Positions 54,574-62,303 of a DNA stretch of 64,000 nucleotides are shown here, in pieces. The stretch's first letter is position 1; every line of letters begins with the position of its first letter. The notes beneath the pieces are model-generated. The model ran no database searches. It had not been told where the DNA came from and saw only the letters and a program-made list of their open reading frames with translations. The stretch is from the IMG/VR virus record IMGVR_UViG_3300027808_000017, positions 1 to 64,000 of that record; one strand, written 5' to 3'. This stretch comes from a virus. Lineage: Duplodnaviria > Heunggongvirae > Uroviricota > Caudoviricetes. A program made the position numbers and the translations under genes.

Positions 54574-55641
54574 TCAAAAAGCATCGTACATGCGGTACAT
54601 GGTCTTTTCAACTCTTGTCAGTACAACAGTGGTACCGTTGTCTTTGAAAGTGAATTCACCTTTACGACCATCAACGTGAATCAATGCATCAGGCTTGAAG
54701 GTCTTCCAAATGTACTCACTATCCTTATCCTCAGGGTCACTGTCAAATTCAACTTCAACACCTTTTGGTTGCAGGGGATTACCTTGAAACTTGCCATCAC
54801 GGTTACCACTTTTAACTTCTTTACCGTTGTGTACAATTTTCAGTGTGTACTCGGTACCGTTATCAAACTCAGGTTTAGCGTTAAGCATTTCTAGCGCCTC
54901 TTGCGGAGATTCGTTATAGCGGTTCATTTCTTCAACAATTGACTTCAACATATCAAAATTGAATTCAGCAAACAAGCTACCAATATTTACCATGCTATCA
55001 ACATTTTTGAGGCTTGCATCCTTAAGATTGTCATAACAGTATTCACGGATGAATGGCTCATCCAATCCTTTGAAGTCTAGCATGTAGTAGATACGACCTG
55101 GACGATTACGCATGTGTGAATCAACACGCCACTTATCGTTACAGGTAATCATAAACAATTTCTTAGTTGGAAAGACACCATCCAACAATGTTAGAATTGA
55201 TTCTTGTTGGTCTTTATCATACGTCTTTTCAAACTCATCAAATAGAATAGCACAAGGCTGTTCAATGTTTTGAATGAATGTATTAAACTTATCACCGCAC
55301 CAAGGCTGATTGATAACGATTGTAGGGATTCCTTGCTTAGCCAATTGAATAGCAACATTCTTAGTAAGCAATGTTTTACCACTACCTTTTTCACCAGTCA
55401 TCATTACACCGGTTGCGTTATCACGATCCATAAAGGTACGGATAATCTTGTCAGTGTTCTTAAGACAATTTCCGTAGATTTTACCTGGAATAGCAAAGCC
55501 ATCAATATGTTCTAGGTACAACTCACCTGACATTTCATTAATTTTAACAACATAATTACCTGCAGGCAACATACGATGAATGTCCATTGCCTCATCACTG
55601 GCTACACGGTAGGTATTACCAGTCTTCAAAAAATAACTCAT
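54574..55641 (-). CDS. classic-clade AAA+ ATPase
   Basis: Walker A GEKGSGKTLL, Walker B ILFDEFE, sensor-2-like NRPGRIYY; 355 aa; RBS AAAGGA. Confidence 0.65.
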   Translation of the reverse strand: MSYFLKTGNTYRVASDEAMDIHRMLPAGNYVVKINEMSGELYLEHIDGFAIPGKIYGNCLKNTDKIIRTFMDRDNATGVMMTGEKGSGKTLLTKNVAIQLAKQGIPTIVINQPWCGDKFNTFIQNIEQPCAILFDEFEKTYDKDQQESILTLLDGVFPTKKLFMITCNDKWRVDSHMRNRPGRIYYMLDFKGLDEPFIREYCYDNLKDASLKNVDSMVNIGSLFAEFNFDMLKSIVEEMNRYNESPQEALEMLNAKPEFDNGTEYTLKIVHNGKEVKSGNRDGKFQGNPLQPKGVEVEFDSDPEDKDSEYIWKTFKPDALIHVDGRKGEFTFKDNGTTVVLTRVEKTMYRMYDAF

Positions 55642-55799
55642 TTCAATCCTTTAAAAAAAATTGTTCTATATTTGTTAACACTGACATTGTATTCAATACA
55701 AAACATACTCCGGCTGCATACCAGGAAAAAGAATATTTTTCAGAATCAATAATCCACTTAGCCGCCCAAATTGCAAATATTAGGTTAAGTATTATCATA

Positions 55800-55973
55800 T
55801 TATGAATTCAGTGTAGCAAATGGACTCATATCTTCTTCATTCGGTTCTATCTGCTCAAGTGTATCATACACCCACACGATAGGGATATCAAGAATTTTGG
55901 CAATTGTCGCAGGATGAACACCATCCTCGATCATCATTTCAATATCCAGCATTACATTAGTCATTTTGCTCAT
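55800..55973 (-). CDS. small acidic protein (57 aa, not in ORF track)
   Basis: MSKMTNVMLDIEMMIEDGVHPATIAKILDIPIVWVYDTLEQIEPNEEDMSPFATLNS. Confidence 0.35.
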   Translation of the reverse strand: MSKMTNVMLDIEMMIEDGVHPATIAKILDIPIVWVYDTLEQIEPNEEDMSPFATLNS

Positions 55974-56136
55974 TTTCTAACTCCTCAAGTCTATACTCTG
56001 CTAATTCATCAATCATGGTATCAATTAACACAAGGTGATCTTGTACAAAATTCATATCACCCAATGTATCAATCATTAGTTCTTTGGCTTCTTCTAATCT
56101 TTCGATTGCCAATTTCATTTTTTCTGCATTAGTCAT
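55957..56136 (-). CDS. small acidic coiled-coil protein (59 aa, not in ORF track)
   Basis: MTNAEKMKLAIERLEEAKELMIDTLGDMNFVQDHLVLIDTMIDELAEYRLEELENEQND. Confidence 0.35.
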   Translation of the reverse strand: MTNAEKMKLAIERLEEAKELMIDTLGDMNFVQDHLVLIDTMIDELAEYRLEELENEQND

Positions 56137-56348
56137 TTTGAATTACTCACTGTAGTTTTAAACAAAAATCCAAACAACACCGTAATGCCCCACGCCTGCA
56201 GCCAGGACACTTCACTAACCCCTGCAACGGCTCCAACCAAGCAACCATTCCAAAGCATGTACACCGGCCAACTTAGTAAGAAACTAAGTAACAATAGTCC
56301 TGCAATAGCAATGACAATTGCCCCAATCATAACAGCAATTTTTTCCAT
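56133..56348 (-). CDS. small 2-TM membrane protein
   Basis: MEKIAVMIGAIVIAIAGLLLLSFLLSW... Confidence 0.45.
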   Translation of the reverse strand: MEKIAVMIGAIVIAIAGLLLLSFLLSWPVYMLWNGCLVGAVAGVSEVSWLQAWGITVLFGFLFKTTVSNSK

Positions 56349-56353
56349 GATTA

Positions 56354-56626
56354 TTACTCCGAAAATTCGTACATGTATTGAGCAACGCTAGGATCCAACT
56401 TGATGAGGTCTTTAGCGGCACCAGTCAATGCACGATAACGGGCTTGCACTTGACTACGGGGCAGTTCGCCGTCACAGGAAAGATTCTCAGGGCTCAGTGC
56501 GGCATCAATACTTTGTGCAACACGTTTGCGACCCTCAGCCGTTTTAACTTCGTAGACCACAACGTTACCACTGAACAATGAATTCCAGCTGTTTTGCTGG
56601 GAGATGTATGCGTTAAGTGCTTTCAT
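56354..56626 (-). CDS. hypothetical early protein
   Basis: 90 aa. Confidence 0.5.
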   Translation of the reverse strand: MKALNAYISQQNSWNSLFSGNVVVYEVKTAEGRKRVAQSIDAALSPENLSCDGELPRSQVQARYRALTGAAKDLIKLDPSVAQYMYEFSE

Positions 56627-56659
56627 TTTTGATTCCTTTAATCAACTGTTTAAGATTAT

Positions 56660-56688
56660 ATTATATACCCGAATTGATTTATTGTCAA
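56660..56688 (-). promoter_or_regulatory. sigma70-type early promoter (family member, minus strand)
   Basis: revcomp TTGACAATAAATCAATTCGGGTA TATAAT. Confidence 0.65.
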
Positions 56689-56951
56689 GCCTGGTATGTA
56701 AAATAACTACGGATTTTGCTTTGGCGATTGGTGTGACTTTCGTTGAATTTTACTTCATAGCCTCGCTCACGGAGAGCAGTCATCAACACTGACAAGTCAC
56801 AGTCCTCTTCCAGGAATGCATTCTCACCCTTTTGATAACTGTATGTAGAGATTTTGTCGGCGATACCAAGTGACACCAACTTGGACTTTGCAATACGTGC
56901 CCAAGCATGACCAGGATCTGCAAAAACTTTGATGGAGATTTTTTTAGTCAT
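56685..56951 (-). CDS. hypothetical protein
   Basis: 88 aa; 3' end overlaps -35 of downstream promoter. Confidence 0.45.
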   Translation of the reverse strand: MTKKISIKVFADPGHAWARIAKSKLVSLGIADKISTYSYQKGENAFLEEDCDLSVLMTALRERGYEVKFNESHTNRQSKIRSYFTYQA

Positions 56952-56960
56952 GTTTGTTCC

Positions 56961-57203
56961 TTAGATGTAAAAACATTCACCACGCTTGTCGGCACCGATA
57001 GCATCATAGACACATTCACGAACCATAGTGTCCATTGCCTCACCGAACATGTCAGGATTAGAATCGGCCAAGTCACGCAATGCCTTGAAAGTCTGTTTCC
57101 ATGACAGATTTTGACTTTTGGCAGTTGTCACAATACCGTGAACAGCCATGTTACCTTCATCAGAGTACATAGCATAAGTGATATCAAGTGTGATTTTAGT
57201 CAT
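56961..57203 (-). CDS. hypothetical early protein
   Basis: 80 aa. Confidence 0.5.
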   Translation of the reverse strand: MTKITLDITYAMYSDEGNMAVHGIVTTAKSQNLSWKQTFKALRDLADSNPDMFGEAMDTMVRECVYDAIGADKRGECFYI

Positions 57204-57235
57204 TTCGTTTCCTTTTCTTTACTGTCTAAGATTCT

Positions 57236-57264
57236 ATTATATACCCAAAGCCATTTATTGTCAA
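57236..57264 (-). promoter_or_regulatory. sigma70-type early promoter (family member, minus strand)
   Basis: promoter+UTR (to ATG 57203) nearly identical over ~60 nt to the + strand copy at 7440-7503. Confidence 0.7.
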
Positions 57265-57281
57265 CTTTGGGTATGTTGTTT

Positions 57282-57584
57282 TTAAGCAACTTCCAACATG
57301 CTAGCTGGGACTCTCCAGGTCGTGCCAATCAAGCTACTTGACTTTTGCTCACTCACCAGGATGTACTTTTGATTTACTTTTTTCACAGTACCGGTCACAA
57401 TCATACCATTGCGACTATTTTTGAATTTGACAACAGTACCAACGTTCATGGCACGTTTGTTCTGCTTTGCAATGCTAGCACGGGCAAACTTGATGGCATC
57501 ACCAATGCTATTCAGTTCATCATTGGTAAAGTTACCGAACATGATAGCAGAATTAACTTGCTGAATTGCTGAGAATTTTTCCAT
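57282..57584 (-). CDS. hypothetical early protein
   Basis: start at MEKFSAIQQ after AAAGGAAAGACAA; track start is a TTG upstream. Confidence 0.5.
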   Translation of the reverse strand: MEKFSAIQQVNSAIMFGNFTNDELNSIGDAIKFARASIAKQNKRAMNVGTVVKFKNSRNGMIVTGTVKKVNQKYILVSEQKSSSLIGTTWRVPASMLEVA

Positions 57585-57619
57585 TTGTCTTTCCTTTGAG
57601 TTAATCAATCAATACACGT

Positions 57620-57648
57620 AGTATATCAAACTTTGGATTTATTGTCAA
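57620..57648 (-). promoter_or_regulatory. sigma70-type early promoter embedded in 3' end of upstream small ORF
   Basis: revcomp TTGACAATAAATCCAAAGTTTGA TATACT. Confidence 0.55.
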
Positions 57649-57763
57649 CCAAAACTTGGTCTGTGACAATGATTCCACCGTAAGCATTTTGATAAGTTTC
57701 CGCAACTGCACGGATGAAGAAAGTGAGTACTTTACCGTTACCTGCAATCAAAGTGAATTTCAT
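57626..57763 (-). CDS. small early protein (45 aa, not in ORF track)
   Basis: MKFTLIAGNGKVLTFFIRAVAETYQNAYGGIIVTDQVLVDNKSKV; last codons encode the next promoter's -35. Confidence 0.4.
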   Translation of the reverse strand: MKFTLIAGNGKVLTFFIRAVAETYQNAYGGIIVTDQVLVDNKSKV

Positions 57764-57789
57764 ATCGATTCCTTACTGTTGATACAAGT

Positions 57790-57818
57790 ATTATATACCC
57801 GAAATGATTTACTGTCAA
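57790..57818 (-). promoter_or_regulatory. sigma70-type early promoter (family member, minus strand)
   Basis: revcomp TTGACAGTAAATCATTTCGGGTA TATAAT. Confidence 0.65.
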
Positions 57819-57839
57819 CTGAAAAATGAATACTTTATG

Positions 57840-58073
57840 TTACTCTTTGGTAGTATAGTTTCTAGCAGATATCCCGCACTTTTCGCCGTACATGCGTGAT
57901 TGTTCACAGGTCTTCAAATAACTGGTCCTAGAGCGGCCTAGTACGTAATCGGGGGTTGGTTCTGTCAAAGAATCTGGATGTGTGCAAGTATGCTCATAAT
58001 CATTTCGTATTACTTTGTTAAGTAACGGGATTTGACTGATAAACTTACAATCCTTACAAAGCAGGACTTCCAT
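57840..58073 (-). CDS. small Cys/His-containing protein (possible zinc-binding)
   Basis: MEVLLCKDCKF...HTCTH...C; ATG one nt after stop of upstream basic ORF. Confidence 0.4.
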   Translation of the reverse strand: MEVLLCKDCKFISQIPLLNKVIRNDYEHTCTHPDSLTEPTPDYVLGRSRTSYLKTCEQSRMYGEKCGISARNYTTKE

Positions 58074-58074
58074 G

Positions 58075-58227
58075 TTAGTACTCACTCTTTTTATGTTTTG
58101 GTGTGCGGCGATATGCAATTTTGCTTTGCACAACCTTGGGTTTGAACGGTGTATTTTCTTGAAACAATACACGATGGGCCCTGTGTTTGGGCTGTTCAAT
58201 TTTGAAAGATAAGAGTTCTTTTTTCAT
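58075..58227 (-). CDS. small highly basic protein (50 aa)
   Basis: MKKELLSFKIEQPKHRAHRVLFQENTPFKPKVVQSKIAYRRTPKHKKSEY; ATG 7 nt from -10. Confidence 0.4.
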   Translation of the reverse strand: MKKELLSFKIEQPKHRAHRVLFQENTPFKPKVVQSKIAYRRTPKHKKSEY

Positions 58228-58234
58228 AGCCTTT

Positions 58235-58263
58235 AGTATAGCAGAACCCTTATTTATTGTCAA
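58235..58263 (-). promoter_or_regulatory. sigma70-type promoter (minus strand)
   Basis: revcomp TTGACAATAAATAAGGGTTCTGC TATACT. Confidence 0.5.
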
Positions 58264-58508
58264 CCAGAGCGGCCTGTACTGTAGTGTGTACCTTTTGGTC
58301 CTTTTGAAACAAAAGTTCTACCATATAATTCACCCTGATATTCATCACTATTAGTAGAGTATTTCAGTACCACTTTGATACTTTTATTCAGGCTAATGCT
58401 TAACAGTACTTGAGGTTTGAATTCAAGTACATCGGCCGTTACCGTTTGTCCATTGTCTACACACTTGACCTGTGCAGTTTCATCATACCGAATCATCTTA
58501 GACTCCAA
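58260..58508 (-). CDS. hypothetical protein
   Basis: 82 aa. Confidence 0.45.
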   Translation of the reverse strand: MESKMIRYDETAQVKCVDNGQTVTADVLEFKPQVLLSISLNKSIKVVLKYSTNSDEYQGELYGRTFVSKGPKGTHYSTGRSG

Positions 58509-58791
58509 GAGTAACGTTTATTTGTTTGATAGATTTGGTAGTGAAACTACGCCACTCTTTAATGTCTGTATCAAACACCCGCATTGTAGTTTCTGATTGT
58601 TTCCTAGGTGTTGCACCTTCTTTGATTTCAATTTTAGGAACAACGTCAGGATTGGTTGTGCAATTCATTACACGTTCAGTACCATCCTTTTTAGTGAAGG
58701 TAACTGTAACTGTATCAGTACCCAACATACCACGCAACCAAGATTCAAACTTAGTCCAGTCTTCTTCTTTCCAATCAATTGTCGGATTCAT
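58498..58791 (-). CDS. hypothetical protein
   Basis: 97 aa. Confidence 0.45.
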   Translation of the reverse strand: MNPTIDWKEEDWTKFESWLRGMLGTDTVTVTFTKKDGTERVMNCTTNPDVVPKIEIKEGATPRKQSETTMRVFDTDIKEWRSFTTKSIKQINVTLGV

Positions 58792-59257
58792 CTTCTTGTT
58801 CTTCCCAGGTTGTAAAAAAGTTTTTAATTTTTAATTCTTCATCCCAAGAACTACAATAATCATTATCTACATCACACAATGTCAATGCTTCCTCTTTAGA
58901 CACAATACGATGACTAACAATCTGTTCACCAATATGTTCTTGGCTAAACTCTTTTGCCTCGTTCATTGTAACAGTATCTAATGCCCAATCAGTTTTGTTC
59001 TTCCCGTACTTATCAATACCAACAGGAACTTCAACCATATAACGTTCACGGAATGTACTGACACATTCAACAAGAACCCATTGTGTATCTTTCTTTTCTT
59101 TCTTAGTCAAGGTAAAACTCCCGTCTTTGTGTGTTTTAAATTTAAGTGTATCACCGATCTCCCAACCTAATTCATCACAAAATCCCTCCGGGAACGGAAG
59201 AATCAAGTCACCTGTATCAGGATCTTCTTGTAGGTATACTGTGTGTTTCTTTGACAT
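58775..59257 (-). CDS. protein with N-terminal SpoVT/AbrB-like domain
   Basis: DLILPFPEGFCDELGWEIGDTLKFKTHKDGSFTLTKKE homologous to ORF 42344-42532. Confidence 0.45.
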   Translation of the reverse strand: MSKKHTVYLQEDPDTGDLILPFPEGFCDELGWEIGDTLKFKTHKDGSFTLTKKEKKDTQWVLVECVSTFRERYMVEVPVGIDKYGKNKTDWALDTVTMNEAKEFSQEHIGEQIVSHRIVSKEEALTLCDVDNDYCSSWDEELKIKNFFTTWEEQEDESDN

Positions 59258-59266
59258 TTTTTTTCC

Positions 59267-59554
59267 TTATGTTAACATGCGAATTAAACCAATTGAATCT
59301 ATCGTTGTGAGCAAGAGGTAGTTCCCAAGCATACCAAACGATCGGCGAGTATAACTAGCCCAAGCGTACATAGCACACCCTGTAATCCAAACAGGATAAA
59401 GTGCCAGTAAAGGTGGATTTGGAACTGTTGCAGCCATTGTGATAGCACACCCAATGCTAATACCCCAAGCAACAACTTCAACACAGAATCTAAATTTGTT
59501 AGTTTTGTAATCACTTTTTATCCAATCAAAGGTATCATGTAAAAAATTAGTCAT
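59267..59554 (-). CDS. 3-TM membrane protein
   Basis: 95 aa hydrophobic. Confidence 0.45.
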   Translation of the reverse strand: MTNFLHDTFDWIKSDYKTNKFRFCVEVVAWGISIGCAITMAATVPNPPLLALYPVWITGCAMYAWASYTRRSFGMLGNYLLLTTIDSIGLIRMLT

Positions 59555-60146
59555 GTGTTTTTATTACTTCAAGTAATACTTTCTCAACCATTTTGTTAAG
59601 TGTAATATCATGTTTATGTGCTTCCATGCACAATTGTAACATAACATCATCTTCCAATTCAATAGGAACTTGAACACGCTTGTCAAAATCTTCACCATAA
59701 AAGATTGCTTTTGCTTTTTCTAAAAAGTCTTCCTCAGTTTCAAGATCAATCCATTTAACATCATCCCAAGCCTTGCGCCATTTAACATTGCGTGACTTAG
59801 CCTCAGATATCATGGCATCTTTATATTCAGGATTCAACCAACGATAAGGTTCCATCTCTTTATCTTCTTTGCCCCATCCACTGGTTTTAATACTTACATC
59901 GGCTTCATAGATTTCCTGTGTCTCAGTACTGTAAAGCACAGACACATGAGCAAACTCACTTTCATAATTTAAAAACCTTGCGTTTGGATAACAGTTCCAT
60001 CCATACTCACTACCTTCAGTAATACGGTGATTTGTTAGTTCATTTATTTGACTTAAGTGCATTTTCTTGTCCTTTGTAGTGTTCAATAATAGGTTCGATG
60101 TTGTTATTGTATATCTGTTCCATTGTTTTGTAAAGCAGTTTGGCAT
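59547..60146 (-). CDS. hypothetical protein with C-terminal ribbon-helix-helix-like segment
   Basis: RVQVPIELEDDVMLQLCMEAHKHDITLNKMVEKVLLEVIK (beta-alpha-alpha pattern); true start may be internal Met MHLSQ. Confidence 0.4.
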   Translation of the reverse strand: MPNCFTKQWNRYTITTSNLLLNTTKDKKMHLSQINELTNHRITEGSEYGWNCYPNARFLNYESEFAHVSVLYSTETQEIYEADVSIKTSGWGKEDKEMEPYRWLNPEYKDAMISEAKSRNVKWRKAWDDVKWIDLETEEDFLEKAKAIFYGEDFDKRVQVPIELEDDVMLQLCMEAHKHDITLNKMVEKVLLEVIKTHD

Positions 60147-60279
60147 CCTGCTCAGTCATACCTGCTGTCCAATTTGGTTCGCCATCTTCTTTACGCAACC
60201 CATAATCATGCCTATATGTATAACACATGTCAGTGATAATTTGTTCTTTATCTTTCATATAATTTTTTACACTCCACAA
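60040..60279 (-). CDS. hypothetical protein
   Basis: 79 aa. Confidence 0.4.
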   Translation of the reverse strand: MWSVKNYMKDKEQIITDMCYTYRHDYGLRKEDGEPNWTAGMTEQDAKLLYKTMEQIYNNNIEPIIEHYKGQENALKSNK

Positions 60280-60475
60280 TTACAAAAGTGGGATAGTTTT
60301 CTTTCATTGATAAAACAGTCGGGCAATGAAATTCAACTACAATAGTTTCACTATCATAGTAGTCATTGGTTATCAACCCCCAAACAAATCGTCCAATAAA
60401 TATTACACCCAATAATACAACGATAGGCAATATCAAACTACTTGCTCTGTTGGGTCCTGGAAAACTATACATCAT
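60248..60475 (-). CDS. small membrane protein
   Basis: TM ILPIVVLLGVIFIGRFVWGLI. Confidence 0.4.
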   Translation of the reverse strand: MMYSFPGPNRASSLILPIVVLLGVIFIGRFVWGLITNDYYDSETIVVEFHCPTVLSMKENYPTFVIVECKKLYER

Positions 60476-60484
60476 GTATCCTTG

Positions 60485-60763
60485 TCAACATTCAATCCAG
60501 CAATTGTTTGCATAATCCCAATGTCTATTATCATATAAAGAAAACATGATTTCATAACCAAACAAACCTAACTCAAGTTTAATACCTGCATGGTCACCTT
60601 TTCTACGCCAATCAAATTTAAAATGAAATAGATTTTCACAGTCTTGAAATACTTCAAATTCAAAATATTTGTGTTTGAAGGGCGTACCACAAACATAATT
60701 AAAAATATGATTGAATGACGTACTAGTGAAGGGGTAATCAATTGAAAAGTTTAGTTTAATCAT
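60485..60763 (-). CDS. hypothetical protein
   Basis: 92 aa. Confidence 0.45.
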   Translation of the reverse strand: MIKLNFSIDYPFTSTSFNHIFNYVCGTPFKHKYFEFEVFQDCENLFHFKFDWRRKGDHAGIKLELGLFGYEIMFSLYDNRHWDYANNCWIEC

Positions 60764-60802
60764 ATTATGATGATAACATGAAACCTAATTAAAGTCAATT
60801 AT

Positions 60803-61015
60803 TTAGGTTAACATGTTGTTGATAAGTTTTAGGGCACTTTGTACTACTGATACATCTACGTGCATTCTTTGGGCAATTTCATGCACATTCAGATTTCTTT
60901 CAACCATTTCTTTCACTTGCAACATTACGTCATGGGACATGTTAAACTCCTTAGGGGGTATATATAACGCCTCAGGATCCAGTTCCGTTGACATTAAATT
61001 TTCAACATTGCCCAC
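60803..61015 (-). CDS. small putative HTH DNA-binding protein
   Basis: C-terminal LNVHEIAQRMHVDVSVVQSAL helix-turn-helix-like. Confidence 0.4.
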   Translation of the reverse strand: MGNVENLMSTELDPEALYIPPKEFNMSHDVMLQVKEMVERNLNVHEIAQRMHVDVSVVQSALKLINNMLT

Positions 61016-61329
61016 ATTGCTGTCTTTTCCAAATCAGTTTGAAAGTTTGGGTATACCTCATCCAATCTTGATTTAGGAATATTCACATATCCTTTATTTT
61101 CTTTTTTGCGAAACATATCTTCTGCTTCCCAAATTGATGCACTAAACATCTTTGTCTGTAATTTGGCACCACGCCGGCCCCAAAATGATAGGTATTCATT
61201 GTATGCAGGTTTATAGTTTGGAAAAGGATGAAATTTAAGATGTGAGGCCTCATGTTCACGCAACAGAATGATGCCCCAGACTTTATCAGAAGTGCCTTCA
61301 CGACACCAACCAATATATGCGTAGTTCAT
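60994..61329 (-). CDS. WGR-domain protein
   Basis: DKVWGIILL...SFWGRRGAKLQTKMFSASIWEAEDMFRKKENKGY matches WGR domain pattern (W..., WGRxG, KxxKGY). Confidence 0.5.
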   Translation of the reverse strand: MNYAYIGWCREGTSDKVWGIILLREHEASHLKFHPFPNYKPAYNEYLSFWGRRGAKLQTKMFSASIWEAEDMFRKKENKGYVNIPKSRLDEVYPNFQTDLEKTAMWAMLKI

Positions 61330-61604
61330 TCTTCAATTTCCTCTACAGGTTTATCAGGGATATTTTCTGTATCATTATCTTGTGCAAACACAAAGCCCAT
61401 ATCTAACATTGTGTCCATTTCAGCAGGTGTACAGTGAGCACGAAACACAAACAGTCGGCAAGTAAGATTGTCCTTGCTATAGTAGATCCTATAACTCACA
61501 CGTTCCACATTCAATGCTTTAGCAAGGTCGTCTAAAGAAAAACTTTCGGGCCAGTCATCATCAACGCTATTACGTATCTTTTCAAAATAAAAATCTTGCA
61601 TCAT
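61326..61604 (-). CDS. hypothetical protein
   Basis: start at MMQDFYF after GAAGGA RBS; avoids overlap with upstream ORF. Confidence 0.45.
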   Translation of the reverse strand: MMQDFYFEKIRNSVDDDWPESFSLDDLAKALNVERVSYRIYYSKDNLTCRLFVFRAHCTPAEMDTMLDMGFVFAQDNDTENIPDKPVEEIEE

Positions 61605-61614
61605 TTTAATTCCT

Positions 61615-61872
61615 TCAGCTAAAAACAAATATCCAGGCATTGATAATAAACCAAACTGTTGCACAAGACATAATAACAATCAATGCATCCAGTGCAATGA
61701 TTTCGGGTCCAGGGGGCTTAGGTCCAAATTCTTTTAACCAAGAATTTTGGTCAACCTTTTTAACTTCTGCTGTACCTAAATGCAAATCAACGGGTTTCAT
61801 TACCGTAAACTCATTCATTATTTCATCGGTCATTTCCGGCAAGTCATCAAAGTCATCAAGTGGTTTATTCAT
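61615..61872 (-). CDS. hypothetical protein with C-terminal TM
   Basis: 85 aa. Confidence 0.45.
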   Translation of the reverse strand: MNKPLDDFDDLPEMTDEIMNEFTVMKPVDLHLGTAEVKKVDQNSWLKEFGPKPPGPEIIALDALIVIMSCATVWFIINAWIFVFS

Positions 61873-61875
61873 ATT

Positions 61876-62103
61876 TTATCTCCATGCATTAACTAAACCA
61901 ATTACACAAGTAACGATTGCTACCATGTTCACTACTAGTTGCGGGCGATTCTTAACACGAATAGTCCACGCCATAAATGCTAATGTGCCTAATGTAAATG
62001 CCACAATGTTGTAGGGATAAACACTAGGTCCAATTGCATTGCACACGTGTCCTGCAATAATGAATACTGCACCAGCCCATTGTAAGATATCGTTTACTTT
62101 CAT
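61876..62103 (-). CDS. 2-TM membrane protein
   Basis: 75 aa. Confidence 0.45.
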   Translation of the reverse strand: MKVNDILQWAGAVFIIAGHVCNAIGPSVYPYNIVAFTLGTLAFMAWTIRVKNRPQLVVNMVAIVTCVIGLVNAWR

Positions 62104-62303
62104 TCTTCAACTCCGAAAACTCTGAAATGTTTTCCAATAATTACACAGCCTCTAAATTCACCATTATCCGCTAGAATCTTGATACATTCCATCACAATCA
62201 ACTCGGCAAACTTTTGACATTCTGGCATGTCCCAGTGTCCAATGCCAAACATATCCGTTGTGTATCCAGCCTGTTCAGCAAGTTCTCGAATTCGTTCGTT
62301 CAT
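62100..62303 (-). CDS. small protein, MNxRIKEL paralog family (copy 4)
   Basis: MNERIRELAEQAGYTTD...FAELIVMECIKIL. Confidence 0.5.
   Translation of the reverse strand: MNERIRELAEQAGYTTDMFGIGHWDMPECQKFAELIVMECIKILADNGEFRGCVIIGKHFRVFGVEE

Noticed and set aside
55914-56132. Plus-strand ORF 55914-56132
   Set aside because: All flanking genes and promoters are minus-strand. Two tandem minus-strand small ORFs with acidic coiled-coil character explain the region better.
57840-58263. Track ORFs 57840-58199 and 58075-58263 as given (overlapping by ~125 nt)
   Set aside because: They are re-interpreted as two adjacent genes: 58075-58227 (basic, ATG right after the promoter) and 57840-58073 (ATG one nt after the stop). 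This removes the long out-of-frame overlap.
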